Assembly (NCBI RefSeq): GCF_019426265.1 | Contig: NZ_CP066836.1 | Length of the DNA: 32,000 nt | Strand: one strand, 5' to 3' | Origin: Escherichia coli | Lineage (GTDB): Bacteria; Pseudomonadota; Gammaproteobacteria; Enterobacterales; Enterobacteriaceae | In this document: in pieces, positions 20,448 through 32,000 of the stretch | Layout: every line of letters begins with the position of its first letter | Position numbering within the stretch: the stretch's first letter is position 1 | Notes under the pieces: model-generated | What the model saw: the letters and a program-made list of their open reading frames with translations, nothing else | Told to the model about the DNA's origin: nothing | Databases searched by the model: none | Position numbers and translations under genes: made by a program

Positions 20448-21326
20448 ATGAATAAGTACACCATCAACGACATTACGCGCGCATCGGGCGGTTTTGCCAT
20501 GCTGGCGGTCGATCAGCGCGAAGCCATGCGCATGATGTTTGCTGCGGCTGGCGCACCCGCTCCGGTAGCCGATAGCGTTTTAACTGATTTCAAAGTTAAC
20601 GCGGCGAAGACCCTCTCGCCTTATGCCTCGGCGATTCTGGTAGATCAACAATTCTGTTACCGCCAGGTGGTTGAGCAAAACGCGATTGCCAAAAGTTGCG
20701 CCATGATTGTCGCCGCCGATGAGTTCATTCCTGGCAACGGTATTCCGGTAGATAGCGTGGTCATTGACCGCAAAATCAATCCGCTACAAATCAAACAAGA
20801 CGGTGGCAAAGCCTTAAAACTGCTGGTGCTGTGGCGTAGTGATGAAGATGCGCAGCAACGTCTGGATATGGTGAAAGAGTTTAACGAACTGTGCCACTCA
20901 CACGGCCTGGTAAGCATTATTGAGCCAGTCGTCCGCCCACCACGTCGTGGCGATAAATTCGATCGCGAACAAGCGATCATCGATGCTGCCAAAGAGCTGG
21001 GCGACAGTGGCGCTGACCTCTACAAAGTTGAAATGCCGCTTTACGGTAAAGGTCCGCAACAAGAGCTTCTCAGTGCTTCACAACGTCTGAATGACCATAT
21101 CAATATGCCGTGGGTGATACTTTCTTCCGGTGTCGACGAAAAACTGTTCCCGCGTGCCGTACGCGTGGCAATGACAGCGGGTGCATCGGGCTTCCTGGCT
21201 GGTCGTGCCGTCTGGGCATCGGTTGTCGGTTTACCAGACAACGAGCTGATGCTGCGTGACGTTTGCGCACCGAAATTACAACAACTTGGCGATATCGTCG
21301 ACGAAATGATGGCTAAACGCCGTTAA
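20448..21326 (+). CDS. yihT: 6-deoxy-6-sulfofructose-1-phosphate aldolase (292 aa)
   Basis: Matches YihT (LacD-like class I aldolase), downstream of yihU. Confidence 0.96.
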   Translation: MNKYTINDITRASGGFAMLAVDQREAMRMMFAAAGAPAPVADSVLTDFKVNAAKTLSPYASAILVDQQFCYRQVVEQNAIAKSCAMIVAADEFIPGNGIPVDSVVIDRKINPLQIKQDGGKALKLLVLWRSDEDAQQRLDMVKEFNELCHSHGLVSIIEPVVRPPRRGDKFDREQAIIDAAKELGDSGADLYKVEMPLYGKGPQQELLSASQRLNDHINMPWVILSSGVDEKLFPRAVRVAMTAGASGFLAGRAVWASVVGLPDNELMLRDVCAPKLQQLGDIVDEMMAKRR

Positions 21327-21341
21327 GATGGGGATACAAAA

Positions 21342-22583
21342 ATGAAATGGTTTAACACCTTAAGTCACAACCGCTGGCTGGAACAGGAAACCGATCGCAT
21401 CTTTGATTTTGGTAAGAATGCCGTAGTGCCGACTGGCTTTGGCTGGCTGGGCAATAAAGGGCAAATCAAAGAAGAGATGGGCACGCATCTGTGGATCACC
21501 GCCCGTATGCTGCACGTTTATTCCGTTGCTGCGGCGATGGGCCGCCCTGGCGCTTACTCGTTGGTTGATCACGGTATCAAAGCCATGAATGGCGCACTGC
21601 GCGATAAAAAATATGGCGGCTGGTATGCCTGCGTGAATGACGAGGGCGTGGTGGATGCCTCCAAACAAGGCTATCAACACTTCTTTGCTCTGCTGGGTGC
21701 CGCCAGTGCCGTCACTACCGGTCACCCGGAAGCACGCAAGCTGCTCGATTACACCATTGAAATTATTGAAAAATATTTCTGGAGTGAAGAAGAGCAGATG
21801 TGCCTGGAGTCGTGGGACGAAGCCTTCAGCAAAACCGAAGAGTACCGCGGCGGCAATGCCAACATGCACGCGGTGGAAGCCTTCCTGATTGTTTATGACG
21901 TAACGCACGACAAAAAATGGCTGGATCGCGCGATTCGCGTGGCTTCCGTGATTATCCACGACGTCGCCAGAAATAATCATTATCGCGTTAACGAGCACTT
22001 CGATACCCAGTGGAATCCGCTGCCGGATTACAACAAAGATAACCCGGCGCACCGCTTCCGCGCATTCGGTGGCACGCCGGGCCACTGGATCGAATGGGGC
22101 CGTTTAATGCTGCACATCCACGCAGCCCTGGAAGCCCGTTGTGAACAGCCGCCTGCCTGGCTGCTAGAAGATGCCAAAGGTCTATTTAACGCCACCGTGC
22201 GCGATGCCTGGGCACCCGATGGCGCGGACGGGATTGTTTATACCGTTGACTGGGAAGGCAAACCGGTGGTTCGCGAACGTGTGCGTTGGCCTATCGTCGA
22301 AGCGATGGGTACGGCTTACGCGCTCTACACCGTCACCGGCGATCGCCAGTATGAAACCTGGTATCAGACATGGTGGGACTACTGCATTAAGTACCTGATG
22401 GACTATGAAAATGGTTCCTGGTGGCAGGAGCTGGATGCGGACAATAAAGTCACCACGAAAGTCTGGGACGGCAAACAGGATATTTATCACCTGCTGCATT
22501 GCCTGGTGATCCCGCGTATCCCGTTAGCCCCTGGTCTGGCACCGGCTGTTGCCGCAGGCCTGCTGGACATTAACGCGAAATAA
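21342..22583 (+). CDS. yihS: Sulfoquinovose isomerase (413 aa)
   Basis: Matches YihS (AGE-family alpha/alpha barrel). Confidence 0.96.
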   Translation: MKWFNTLSHNRWLEQETDRIFDFGKNAVVPTGFGWLGNKGQIKEEMGTHLWITARMLHVYSVAAAMGRPGAYSLVDHGIKAMNGALRDKKYGGWYACVNDEGVVDASKQGYQHFFALLGAASAVTTGHPEARKLLDYTIEIIEKYFWSEEEQMCLESWDEAFSKTEEYRGGNANMHAVEAFLIVYDVTHDKKWLDRAIRVASVIIHDVARNNHYRVNEHFDTQWNPLPDYNKDNPAHRFRAFGGTPGHWIEWGRLMLHIHAALEARCEQPPAWLLEDAKGLFNATVRDAWAPDGADGIVYTVDWEGKPVVRERVRWPIVEAMGTAYALYTVTGDRQYETWYQTWWDYCIKYLMDYENGSWWQELDADNKVTTKVWDGKQDIYHLLHCLVIPRIPLAPGLAPAVAAGLLDINAK

Positions 22584-22590
22584 CTGAGCT

Positions 22591-22634
22591 GAAATAACGG
22601 CATATCAGGCTACATGCCGGGTATGTCGTTATTC
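22591..22634 (+). other. Intergenic stem-loop between yihS and yihR (possible attenuator or mRNA-stabilising element)
   Basis: GAAATAACGGCATA (22591-22604) is near-complementary to TATGTCGTTATTC (22622-22634). No T-tract. Confidence 0.5.
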
Positions 22635-22650
22635 AATAAAGGTGCCTCGT

Positions 22651-23553
22651 ATGCAAATCACCAACATGCATTGCAGTGGACAAACCGTTTCACTTGCCGC
22701 GGGGGATTATCACGCGACTATCGTGACGGTTGGTGCTGGTCTGGCTGAATTAACCTTTCAGGGTTGTCATTTAGTCATCCCGCACAAACCCGAAGAGATG
22801 CCGCTGGCGCATCTGGGTAAAGTGCTTATTCCGTGGCCGAACCGGATCGCCAACGGCTGTTACCGCTATCAGGGGCAGGACTATCAGTTACCCATTAATG
22901 AACATAGTTCAAAAGCCGCTATTCACGGGCTGCTTGCCTGGCGTGACTGGCAAATTAGCGAATTAACCGCCACCAGCGTTACCCTGACAGCTTTTCTGCC
23001 GCCCAGTTACGGCTATCCGTTTATGCTGGCTTCGCAGGTTGTTTATTCGCTCAACGCTCGCACGGGCCTTTCCGTTGAGATCGCAAGCCAGAATATTGGT
23101 ACTGTGACCGCACCTTATGGTGTGGGTATTCATCCTTATTTAACCTGCAACTTAACATCTGTTGATGACTATCTTTTCCAGCTTCCGGCAGAACAGGTTT
23201 ATGCCGTCGATGAGCACGCAAATCCGACAACGCTTCACCACGTTGATGAGCTGAATTTAAATTTCACGCGGGCGACAAAAATAGCCGCGACAAAAATAGA
23301 CCATACCTTTAAAACCGCTAATGACCTGTGGGAAATGACCATTACCCATCCACAGCATTTGCTTTCGGTGAGCCTCTGTTGCGATCAACCCTGGGTGCAG
23401 GTTTATAGCGGTGAAAAATTACAGCGTCAGGGACTGGCAGTTGAACCTATGAGTTGCCCGCCTGATGCGTTTAATTCCGGCACCGATTTAATATTACTGC
23501 AACCCGGAAAAACACACCGCCTGTTTTTTAATATTTACGGACAGAGAAAATAA
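22651..23553 (+). CDS. yihR: Putative sulfoquinovose mutarotase, aldose-1-epimerase-like (300 aa; alternative GTG start at 22642)
   Basis: Matches YihR. An AAAGGTG SD-like sequence favours the ATG at 22651. Confidence 0.93.
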   Translation: MQITNMHCSGQTVSLAAGDYHATIVTVGAGLAELTFQGCHLVIPHKPEEMPLAHLGKVLIPWPNRIANGCYRYQGQDYQLPINEHSSKAAIHGLLAWRDWQISELTATSVTLTAFLPPSYGYPFMLASQVVYSLNARTGLSVEIASQNIGTVTAPYGVGIHPYLTCNLTSVDDYLFQLPAEQVYAVDEHANPTTLHHVDELNLNFTRATKIAATKIDHTFKTANDLWEMTITHPQHLLSVSLCCDQPWVQVYSGEKLQRQGLAVEPMSCPPDAFNSGTDLILLQPGKTHRLFFNIYGQRK

Positions 23554-23757
23554 CTTGTATTGATTAGCAGTCAAAATCATTGAAGAACATTTCACTCGCT
23601 AAAGGCAACGTTATGTATCATCAATTTATTAAGTTAAAAACAGCTCAGCTTCTTTAAAGTTTATATATATCAGTTTTATGAGAATCATTTTACATAAGCC
23701 TGTAATAACAATAACAGGAAGGAAACAACCTCGTTCTCAACTCTATGGAGATTATTT

Positions 23758-25794
23758 ATGGATACGCCACGCCCACAGTTATTAGATTTTCAATTTCATC
23801 AGAATAACGACAGTCTTACCCTACGTTTTCAGGGCCGTCTTATTTTAACCCATAGTAAAGATAATCCTTGTTTATGGATTGGCTCAGGTATAGCGGATAT
23901 CGATATGTTCCGCGGTAATTTCAGCATTAAAGATAAATTGCAGGAGAAGATTGCGCTCACCGACGCTACCGTCAGCCAGTCACCGGATGGTTGGTTAATC
24001 CATTTCAGCCGTGGTTCTGACATTAGCGCCACGCTGAATATCTCTGCCGACGATCAGGGCCGTTTATTGCTGGAACTACAAAACGACAACCTTAACCACA
24101 ACCGCATCTGGCTGCGCCTTGCCGCTCAACCAGAGGACCATATCTACGGCTGCGGCGAACAGTTTTCCTACTTCGATCTGCGCGGCAAACCGTTCCCGCT
24201 ATGGACCAGTGAACAAGGCGTTGGTCGCAACAAGCAAACCTATGTCACCTGGCAGGCCGACTGCAAAGAGAACGCGGGCGGCGACTATTACTGGACTTTC
24301 TTCCCACAGCCTACGTTTGTCAGCACGCAGAAGTATTACTGCCATGTTGATAACAGTTGCTACATGAACTTCGACTTTAGCGCCCCGGAATACCATGAAC
24401 TGGCGCTGTGGGAAGACAAAGCAACGCTGCGTTTTGAATGTGCTGATACATACATCTCCCTGCTGGAAAAATTAACTGCCCTGCTGGGACGCCAGCCAGA
24501 ACTGCCCGACTGGATTTATGACGGGGTAACGCTCGGCATTCAGGGCGGGACGGAAGTGTGTCAGAAGAAACTGGACACCATGCGTAACGCGGGTGTGAAG
24601 GTTAACGGCATCTGGGCGCAGGACTGGTCCGGGATCCGTATGACCTCTTTTGGCAAACGCGTAATGTGGAACTGGAAGTGGAACAGCGAAAACTATCCGC
24701 AACTGGACTCACGTATTAAGCAGTGGAACAAAGAGGGCGTGCAGTTCCTGGCCTATATCAACCCGTATGTCGCCAGCGATAAAGATCTCTGCGAAGAGGC
24801 GGCAAAGCGCGGTTATCTGGCAAAAGATGCCTCTGGCGGCGACTATCTGGTGGAGTTTGGCGAGTTCTATGGCGGCGTTGTCGACCTCACCAATCCAGAA
24901 GCCTACGCCTGGTTCAAGGAAGTGATCAAAAAGAACATGATTGAACTTGGCTGCGGCGGCTGGATGGCTGACTTCGGCGAGTATCTGCCCACCGACACGT
25001 ACCTGCATAACGGCGTCAGCGCGGAGATTATGCATAACGCCTGGCCAGCGCTGTGGGCGAAATGTAACTACGAAGCCCTTGAAGAAACGGGCAAGCTCGG
25101 CGAGATCCTTTTCTTTATGCGCGCCGGTTCTACCGGTAGCCAGAAATACTCCACCATGATGTGGGCGGGTGACCAGAACGTCGACTGGAGTCTGGACGAT
25201 GGCCTGGCGTCGGTTGTCCCGGCGGCGCTGTCGCTGGCAATGACCGGACATGGCCTGCATCACAGCGACATTGGCGGTTACACCACCCTGTTTGAGATGA
25301 AGCGCAGCAAAGAGCTGCTACTGCGCTGGTGTGATTTCAGCGCCTTCACGCCGATGATGCGCACCCACGAAGGCAACCGTCCGGGCGACAACTGGCAGTT
25401 TGACGGCGACGCGGAAACTATCGCCCATTTTGCCCGTATGACCACCGTCTTCACCACCCTGAAACCTTACCTGAAAGAGGCCGTCGCGCTGAATGCGAAG
25501 TCCGGTCTGCCGGTCATGCGCCCGCTGTTCCTGCATTACGAAGACGATGCGCACACTTACACCCTGAAATATCAGTACCTGTTAGGTCGCGACATTCTGG
25601 TCGCTCCGGTGCATGAAGAAGGCCGTAGCGACTGGACGCTCTATCTGCCGGAGGATAACTGGGTGCACGCCTGGACGGGTGAAGCGTTCCGGGGCGGGGA
25701 AGTGACCGTTAATGCGCCCATCGGCAAGCCGCCGGTCTTTTATCGCGCCGATAGCGAATGGGCGGCACTGTTCGCGTCGTTAAAAAGCATCTAA
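23758..25794 (+). CDS. yihQ: Sulfoquinovosidase, GH31 (678 aa)
   Basis: Matches YihQ, with GH31 signature GGWMADFGEYLPTD containing the catalytic Asp. Confidence 0.96.
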   Translation: MDTPRPQLLDFQFHQNNDSLTLRFQGRLILTHSKDNPCLWIGSGIADIDMFRGNFSIKDKLQEKIALTDATVSQSPDGWLIHFSRGSDISATLNISADDQGRLLLELQNDNLNHNRIWLRLAAQPEDHIYGCGEQFSYFDLRGKPFPLWTSEQGVGRNKQTYVTWQADCKENAGGDYYWTFFPQPTFVSTQKYYCHVDNSCYMNFDFSAPEYHELALWEDKATLRFECADTYISLLEKLTALLGRQPELPDWIYDGVTLGIQGGTEVCQKKLDTMRNAGVKVNGIWAQDWSGIRMTSFGKRVMWNWKWNSENYPQLDSRIKQWNKEGVQFLAYINPYVASDKDLCEEAAKRGYLAKDASGGDYLVEFGEFYGGVVDLTNPEAYAWFKEVIKKNMIELGCGGWMADFGEYLPTDTYLHNGVSAEIMHNAWPALWAKCNYEALEETGKLGEILFFMRAGSTGSQKYSTMMWAGDQNVDWSLDDGLASVVPAALSLAMTGHGLHHSDIGGYTTLFEMKRSKELLLRWCDFSAFTPMMRTHEGNRPGDNWQFDGDAETIAHFARMTTVFTTLKPYLKEAVALNAKSGLPVMRPLFLHYEDDAHTYTLKYQYLLGRDILVAPVHEEGRSDWTLYLPEDNWVHAWTGEAFRGGEVTVNAPIGKPPVFYRADSEWAALFASLKSI

Positions 25795-25839
25795 TCACAT
25801 TCGCCCGTGGGGAAACTCATGGGCAAAGGGAGAACATCG

Positions 25840-27225
25840 ATGAGTCACATCACAACGGAAGATCCAGCAACTTTACGCCTGCCCTTTAAAGAGAAACTCT
25901 CTTACGGTATTGGCGACCTGGCCTCTAACATCCTGCTGGATATTGGTACGCTTTATCTTTTGAAGTTTTATACCGACGTTCTGGGGCTACCTGGTACCTA
26001 TGGCGGCATTATCTTTTTGATCTCGAAATTCTTTACCGCCTTTACCGATATGGGAACCGGCATCATGTTGGATTCCCGACGCAAGATCGGTCCAAAAGGT
26101 AAGTTCCGTCCTTTTATTCTGTATGCGTCATTCCCGGTTACCTTACTGGCGATCGCCAACTTTATCGGTACGCCGTTCGATGTCACCGGTAAAACGGTGA
26201 TGGCCACTATCCTGTTTATGCTTTATGGACTGTTTTTCAGCATGATGAACTGTTCCTACGGCGCAATGGTGCCTGCCATCACCAAAAATCCCAACGAGCG
26301 CGCCTCACTGGCGGCATGGCGTCAGGGCGGCGCTACGCTGGGCCTGCTGCTGTGTACGGTGGGATTCGTGCCGGTTATGAATCTTATCGAAGGTAATCAG
26401 CAAATTGGCTATATCTTCGCTGCCACGCTGTTTTCACTGTTCGGCCTGCTGTTTATGTGGATCTGCTACTCGGGCGTGAAAGAGCGTTATGTCGAAACCC
26501 AACCTACCAATCCGGCGCAAAAGCCTGGCCTGTTGCAATCTTTCCGCGCAATTGCCGGTAACCGCCCGCTGTTCATTCTGTGTATTGCTAACCTCTGCAC
26601 CTTAGGGGCGTTTAACGTCAAGCTCGCCATTCAGGTTTATTACACCCAGTACGTGCTTAACGATCCCATCCTGTTGTCATATATGGGATTTTTCAGCATG
26701 GGCTGTATTTTCATCGGCGTGTTCCTGATGCCTGGCGCAGTCAGACGTTTTGGTAAGAAGAAGGTCTATATCGGCGGCCTGCTGATTTGGGTGCTTGGCG
26801 ATCTGCTCAACTATTTCTTTGGCGGCGGTTCGGTCAGCTTCGTGACGTTCTCCTGCCTGGCATTCTTCGGCTCAGCGTTTGTTAACAGCCTGAACTGGGC
26901 GCTGATTTCCGACACCGTGGAATATGGCGAATGGCGCACCGGCGTGCGTTCGGAAGGGACGGTCTACACCGGTTTCACCTTCTTTCGCAAAGTTTCTCAG
27001 GCGCTGGCTGGTTTCTTCCCAGGCTGGATGCTGACGCAAATCGGCTATGTGCCAAACGTCGCCCAGGCTGACCATACCATCGAAGGTTTACGCCAGCTGA
27101 TCTTCATCTACCCAAGCGCACTGGCGGTAGTCACCATTGTTGCGATGGGTTGTTTCTACAGTCTGAACGAGAAAATGTACGTCCGCATTGTTGAAGAAAT
27201 AGAAGCCCGTAAACGCACGGAATAA
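25840..27225 (+). CDS. yihP: GPH-family MFS transporter (461 aa from MSHITTED)
   Basis: Matches YihP. The in-frame upstream extension to 25807 is probably untranslated. Confidence 0.94.
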   Translation: MSHITTEDPATLRLPFKEKLSYGIGDLASNILLDIGTLYLLKFYTDVLGLPGTYGGIIFLISKFFTAFTDMGTGIMLDSRRKIGPKGKFRPFILYASFPVTLLAIANFIGTPFDVTGKTVMATILFMLYGLFFSMMNCSYGAMVPAITKNPNERASLAAWRQGGATLGLLLCTVGFVPVMNLIEGNQQIGYIFAATLFSLFGLLFMWICYSGVKERYVETQPTNPAQKPGLLQSFRAIAGNRPLFILCIANLCTLGAFNVKLAIQVYYTQYVLNDPILLSYMGFFSMGCIFIGVFLMPGAVRRFGKKKVYIGGLLIWVLGDLLNYFFGGGSVSFVTFSCLAFFGSAFVNSLNWALISDTVEYGEWRTGVRSEGTVYTGFTFFRKVSQALAGFFPGWMLTQIGYVPNVAQADHTIEGLRQLIFIYPSALAVVTIVAMGCFYSLNEKMYVRIVEEIEARKRTE

Positions 27226-27234
27226 ATAATAAAC

Positions 27235-27252
27235 AACGCCCTGCGGGGCGTT
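27235..27252 (+). other. Compact GC hairpin between yihP and yihO
   Basis: AACGCCC-TGCG-GGGCGTT perfect 7-bp stem directly before the yihO SD; no T-tract. Confidence 0.45.
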
Positions 27253-27265
27253 ATAAGGAGTGATT

Positions 27266-28669
27266 ATGTCTGACCATAATCCACTGACATTAAAACTGAA
27301 TCTGCGGGAAAAAATCGCCTATGGCATGGGCGACGTCGGTTCGAATTTAATGCTTAGCATCGGCACTCTGTATCTCCTCAAATTTTATACCGATGAATTA
27401 GGGATGCCTGCTTACTATGGCGGGATTATCTTTCTGGTGGCGAAGTTTTTTACCGCGTTTACCGATATGCTCACCGGATTTTTACTCGATTCGCGGAAAA
27501 ATATTGGGCCTAAAGGAAAGTTCAGGCCGTTTATTTTATACGCAGCGGTTCCGGCGGCGTTAATTGCAACGCTCCAGTTTATCGCCACCACTTTTAGTTT
27601 GCCGGTTAAAACGACGATTGCCACAGCACTGTTTATGATGTTTGGGCTTTCATACAGTCTGATGAACTGCTCGTATGGCGCGATGATCCCGGCCATTACC
27701 AAAAACCCGAATGAGCGCGCGCAGCTCGCGGCTTACCGCCAGGGTGGTGCAACCATAGGGCTATTGATTTGTACCGTGGCGTTTATTCCGTTGCAGTCGC
27801 TTTTTTCTGACTCCACCGTCGGTTATGCCTGCGCGGCACTGATGTTCTCCATTGGTGGCTTTATTTTTATGATGCTGTGCTACAGAGGCGTCAAAGAGCA
27901 TTATGTGGACACAGCGCCAACCGGACATAAAGCCAGTATTCTCAAATCTTTTTGCGCGATATTTCGTAATCCGCCATTGCTGGTTTTGTGCATTGCTAAC
28001 CTGTGTACCCTGGCGGCATTTAATATCAAACTGGCGATTCAGGTCTATTACACCCAATATGTGCTGAATGATATTAATTTATTGTCGTGGATGGGATTTT
28101 TCAGTATGGGATGTATCCTCGTCGGCGTATTACTGGTGCCATTAACTGTAAAATGTTTTGGTAAAAAACAGGTTTATTTAGCTGGCATGGTGCTATGGGC
28201 GGTTGGTGATATCCTGAATTATTTCTGGGGAAGTAACTCTTTCACTTTTGTCATGTTCTCTTGTGTCGCCTTTTTTGGCACGGCCTTTGTGAACAGCCTG
28301 AACTGGGCGCTGGTACCAGATACCGTAGATTACGGTGAATGGAAAACCGGTATTCGTGCCGAAGGTTCTGTTTATACCGGTTATACCTTCTTTCGTAAAA
28401 TTTCTGCCGCACTTGCTGGCTTCTTGCCAGGCATTATGCTGACGCAAATCGGTTATGTTCCCAACATCGCGCAAAGTGATGCGACATTACAGGGTTTGCG
28501 TCAGCTCATTTTTATCTGGCCTTGTGCGCTGGCAATTATTGCTGCATTAACGATGGGATTCTTTTACACACTCAATGAAAAACGGTTTGCATTGATTATT
28601 GAGGAAATCAACCAACGCAAAAATAAAGAGATGGCGACAGAAGAAAAAACGGCTTCCGTAACGTTATAA
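27266..28669 (+). CDS. yihO: Putative sulfoquinovose importer, GPH-family MFS transporter (467 aa)
   Basis: Matches YihO. Paralogous to the adjacent yihP. Confidence 0.94.
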   Translation: MSDHNPLTLKLNLREKIAYGMGDVGSNLMLSIGTLYLLKFYTDELGMPAYYGGIIFLVAKFFTAFTDMLTGFLLDSRKNIGPKGKFRPFILYAAVPAALIATLQFIATTFSLPVKTTIATALFMMFGLSYSLMNCSYGAMIPAITKNPNERAQLAAYRQGGATIGLLICTVAFIPLQSLFSDSTVGYACAALMFSIGGFIFMMLCYRGVKEHYVDTAPTGHKASILKSFCAIFRNPPLLVLCIANLCTLAAFNIKLAIQVYYTQYVLNDINLLSWMGFFSMGCILVGVLLVPLTVKCFGKKQVYLAGMVLWAVGDILNYFWGSNSFTFVMFSCVAFFGTAFVNSLNWALVPDTVDYGEWKTGIRAEGSVYTGYTFFRKISAALAGFLPGIMLTQIGYVPNIAQSDATLQGLRQLIFIWPCALAIIAALTMGFFYTLNEKRFALIIEEINQRKNKEMATEEKTASVTL

Positions 28670-28735
28670 ATGTCAATAGCCGCTATTTCCATCCTGGTGG
28701 GTGGCGGCCTCCCTACGTTTAAAAATGGACTTATT

Positions 28736-29428
28736 ATGAAAAAGATTAATGCAATAATTCTATTATCCTCTCTGACCTCTGCCTCGGTATTTGCTGGCGC
28801 ATACGTCGAAAACAGGGAGGCATATAATCTCGCCTCCGATCAGGGCGAAGTTATGCTACGCGTGGGTTATAACTTCGATATGGGCGCGGGTATTATGTTA
28901 ACCAATACCTACACCTTTCAGCGAGAAGATGAACTCAAACATGGCTATAATGAAATTGAAGGTTGGTATCCTTTATTTAAACCAACCGATAAATTAACCA
29001 TCCAGCCCGGTGGCTTAATTAATGACAAGAGTATCGGTTCGGGTGGTGCCGTTTATCTGGATGTTAACTACAAATTTACTCCGTGGTTTAACCTGACGGT
29101 GCGTAATCGCTATAACCATAATAATTACAGCTCTACAGATTTGAACGGCGAATTGGATAATAACGACACCTATGAAGTTGGCACCTACTGGAATTTTAAA
29201 ATCACCGAGAAATTCTCCTATACATTTGAACCACATTACTTCATGCGAGTAAATGACTTTAATAGCAGCAATGGAAAAGATCATCACTGGGAAATCACTA
29301 ACACCTTCCGTTATCGCATTAATGAACACTGGCTCCCTTATTTCGAATTACGCTGGTTAGATCGTAATGTCGAACCGTACCACCGCGAGCAAAACCAGAT
29401 TCGTATCGGGACGAAGTATTTCTTCTGA
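28736..29428 (+). CDS. ompL: Outer membrane porin OmpL (230 aa)
   Basis: MKKINAIILLSSLTSASVFAGAYVENREAYNLASD... matches OmpL (KdgM-type 12-strand porin). Confidence 0.95.
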   Translation: MKKINAIILLSSLTSASVFAGAYVENREAYNLASDQGEVMLRVGYNFDMGAGIMLTNTYTFQREDELKHGYNEIEGWYPLFKPTDKLTIQPGGLINDKSIGSGGAVYLDVNYKFTPWFNLTVRNRYNHNNYSSTDLNGELDNNDTYEVGTYWNFKITEKFSYTFEPHYFMRVNDFNSSNGKDHHWEITNTFRYRINEHWLPYFELRWLDRNVEPYHREQNQIRIGTKYFF

Positions 29429-29437
29429 TGTAAAACT

Positions 29438-29514
29438 GCCGGATGCGGCGAAAACGCCTTATCCGGCCTACGGTTGATACGGTTTCCGTTGGCCGGATTA
29501 AGCCACATCCGGCC
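29438..29514. repeat. REP/BIME palindromes between convergent ompL and yihN
   Basis: GCCGGATGCGGCGAAAACGCCTTATCCGGCC (29438-29468) and GGCCGGATTAAGCCACATCCGGCC (29491-29514). Confidence 0.85.
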
Positions 29515-29519
29515 ATTAA

Positions 29520-30785
29520 TCAAGCTTCAGCCGCCAGCATCTCTTTCTTACGTTGGCTAATACGCTTAACCAGCATTACGGAAACCACCGCACCACAGAA
29601 TGCGAAGCAGGCCATAATGCCAAACACAATTTTGTAGCCAATAATCCCCGGATTTAAATCCAGAATGTAGCCATACAGACTGAAGCAGAACATCGCCGGG
29701 GCGTAACCAATAAAGCTACCCAACGCCATCGCCGCGCCTGTTTTATTTTCAGCAATTTTTGCTTCGCCGATAGGTGCAAAAAATACGGCTCGCTGTGTAA
29801 AGACTATCGCGCCAAAGCCCAGCGTACATGCCATCCCTAAATATACCGGCATACTTTCGTGCGGCAGCATAATCAACAGTACGAGCGCAGCGGTACTGAT
29901 GATAAAGGTGTAGCATAGATATTTACTCGGCGATTTCAGGATCTTATCTGAAATCATGCCACCAATCGGTCCACCAATCATTTTCAGACAGTATTGGTTA
30001 ATGATGCCGTAAGCCCCCACCAGCGCAACGGGCAATAGATAGATGTTTTTCAGGAATGGAATGAAGAATGTCAGGCCACAGTAAACCGCGTAAACGAAGA
30101 AGACGTTGAAAGCGATAAGCCAGATAGTTTTGTCTTTCAGCACCGAGGTCATACTGGTGTTTTTCGATGCTCCGTCTTCTTTTTTCACCTCAACGGACGG
30201 TGCCTCTTCTTTGTCATTCAGAACAAAGAAAATGATAATGCCTACGGCAATCACAATAAGGGAATAGAACCAGATGCCTGCTTTAAAACCCAATAAGCCA
30301 CTGCCAAACCAGGTAAATACTGCCAACGCAGAAAATGCCACCACGGTATCGACAATGCCACGCCCTGTTTCGAAGAAGCCAAACAACCGACCTTGTTGTT
30401 CGCTATTGCCCAATCGACTTACCGACTTGAGCAAGACCGGCCAGTTCATCATGTCGCAAGTAACGCCAAATAGCGCCCAGACAAAGAGGATGCCCCAATA
30501 TCCCGGCATTGTCGTCAAATAAACACCCAGTAATCCTGTCGCAATGAGTGAGAATGACATGGTGTATCTGCGCGGTAGTTTATCGGCAAAATAAATAGAC
30601 AGAAAAAAGCCCACTGTCGTGACAAATGAGTTTACCGACATAGCATTACCAATTTGACCATTGGTCAAATGGAAATATTCCTGCATCGGGATATAAAACG
30701 CATCTTTCAGCGACGGTAATTTATAAATTGTACCGCCACACAATGTTAATAGACTAAATAACGCCCATTTCTTTTTCGTGAGCAT
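29520..30785 (-). CDS. yihN: MFS transporter YihN (421 aa)
   Basis: Matches YihN, polytopic. Convergent with ompL as in K-12. Confidence 0.93.
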   Translation of the reverse strand: MLTKKKWALFSLLTLCGGTIYKLPSLKDAFYIPMQEYFHLTNGQIGNAMSVNSFVTTVGFFLSIYFADKLPRRYTMSFSLIATGLLGVYLTTMPGYWGILFVWALFGVTCDMMNWPVLLKSVSRLGNSEQQGRLFGFFETGRGIVDTVVAFSALAVFTWFGSGLLGFKAGIWFYSLIVIAVGIIIFFVLNDKEEAPSVEVKKEDGASKNTSMTSVLKDKTIWLIAFNVFFVYAVYCGLTFFIPFLKNIYLLPVALVGAYGIINQYCLKMIGGPIGGMISDKILKSPSKYLCYTFIISTAALVLLIMLPHESMPVYLGMACTLGFGAIVFTQRAVFFAPIGEAKIAENKTGAAMALGSFIGYAPAMFCFSLYGYILDLNPGIIGYKIVFGIMACFAFCGAVVSVMLVKRISQRKKEMLAAEA

Positions 30786-30886
30786 AACATCCCCTAAGCG
30801 ATTTTTAAAATCACTGTTTTAAAGGCAATAAGATACCGACCATTCATATCGAATGGTTTTATTAACTGCGTATGAGTTAAAACTTA

Positions 30887-32000
<1,114 letters not shown>

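Noticed and set aside
24709-25263. 184-aa minus-strand ORF inside yihQ
   Set aside because: Shadow ORF opposite the conserved GH31 gene.
25807-28669. yihP/yihO tandem similarity as a recent duplication artefact
   Set aside because: The two transporters are clearly diverged paralogues and both are normal members of the E. coli yih cluster.

Overview
This window is an Escherichia coli-like chromosomal segment running rhaA(3' end)-rhaD-rhaM | RafY-like porin | yiiG remnant | fdhD | fdoG-fdoH-fdoI-fdhE | yiiF/yiiE | 604-aa CX5R phosphatase-like gene | fabY(yiiD)-dtd-yihY-yihX | csqR(yihW)-yihV-yihU-yihT-yihS-yihR-yihQ-yihP-yihO-ompL (sulfoquinovose catabolism) | yihN-yihM' | IS3-family element. 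Most of it is well-known backbone. The accessory parts are: (1) an AT-rich insert between yiiE and fabY carrying a protein with a CKSAKDRT phosphatase loop, the SopB/IpgD/INPP4-type phosphoinositide phosphatase signature. It looks like an orphan effector-like protein with no secretion locus in view. (2) The interval between rhaM and fdhD, where K-12 has frvABXR. Here it holds a RafY-type glycoporin, a short possible frvR C-terminal remnant and a decayed yiiG. (3) Two paralogous ribbon-helix-helix genes preceded by a shared 21-bp motif, one followed by a truncated PIN-domain toxin remnant. (4) A structured element of about 240 bp whose hairpin would sequester the Shine-Dalgarno of an 11-codon ORF. 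(5) An IS3-family insertion that removes the start of yihM. fdoG has an in-frame TGA (selenocysteine) followed by a recognisable bSECIS hairpin. All family names come from recognition of protein sequence and gene order; no database search was run.
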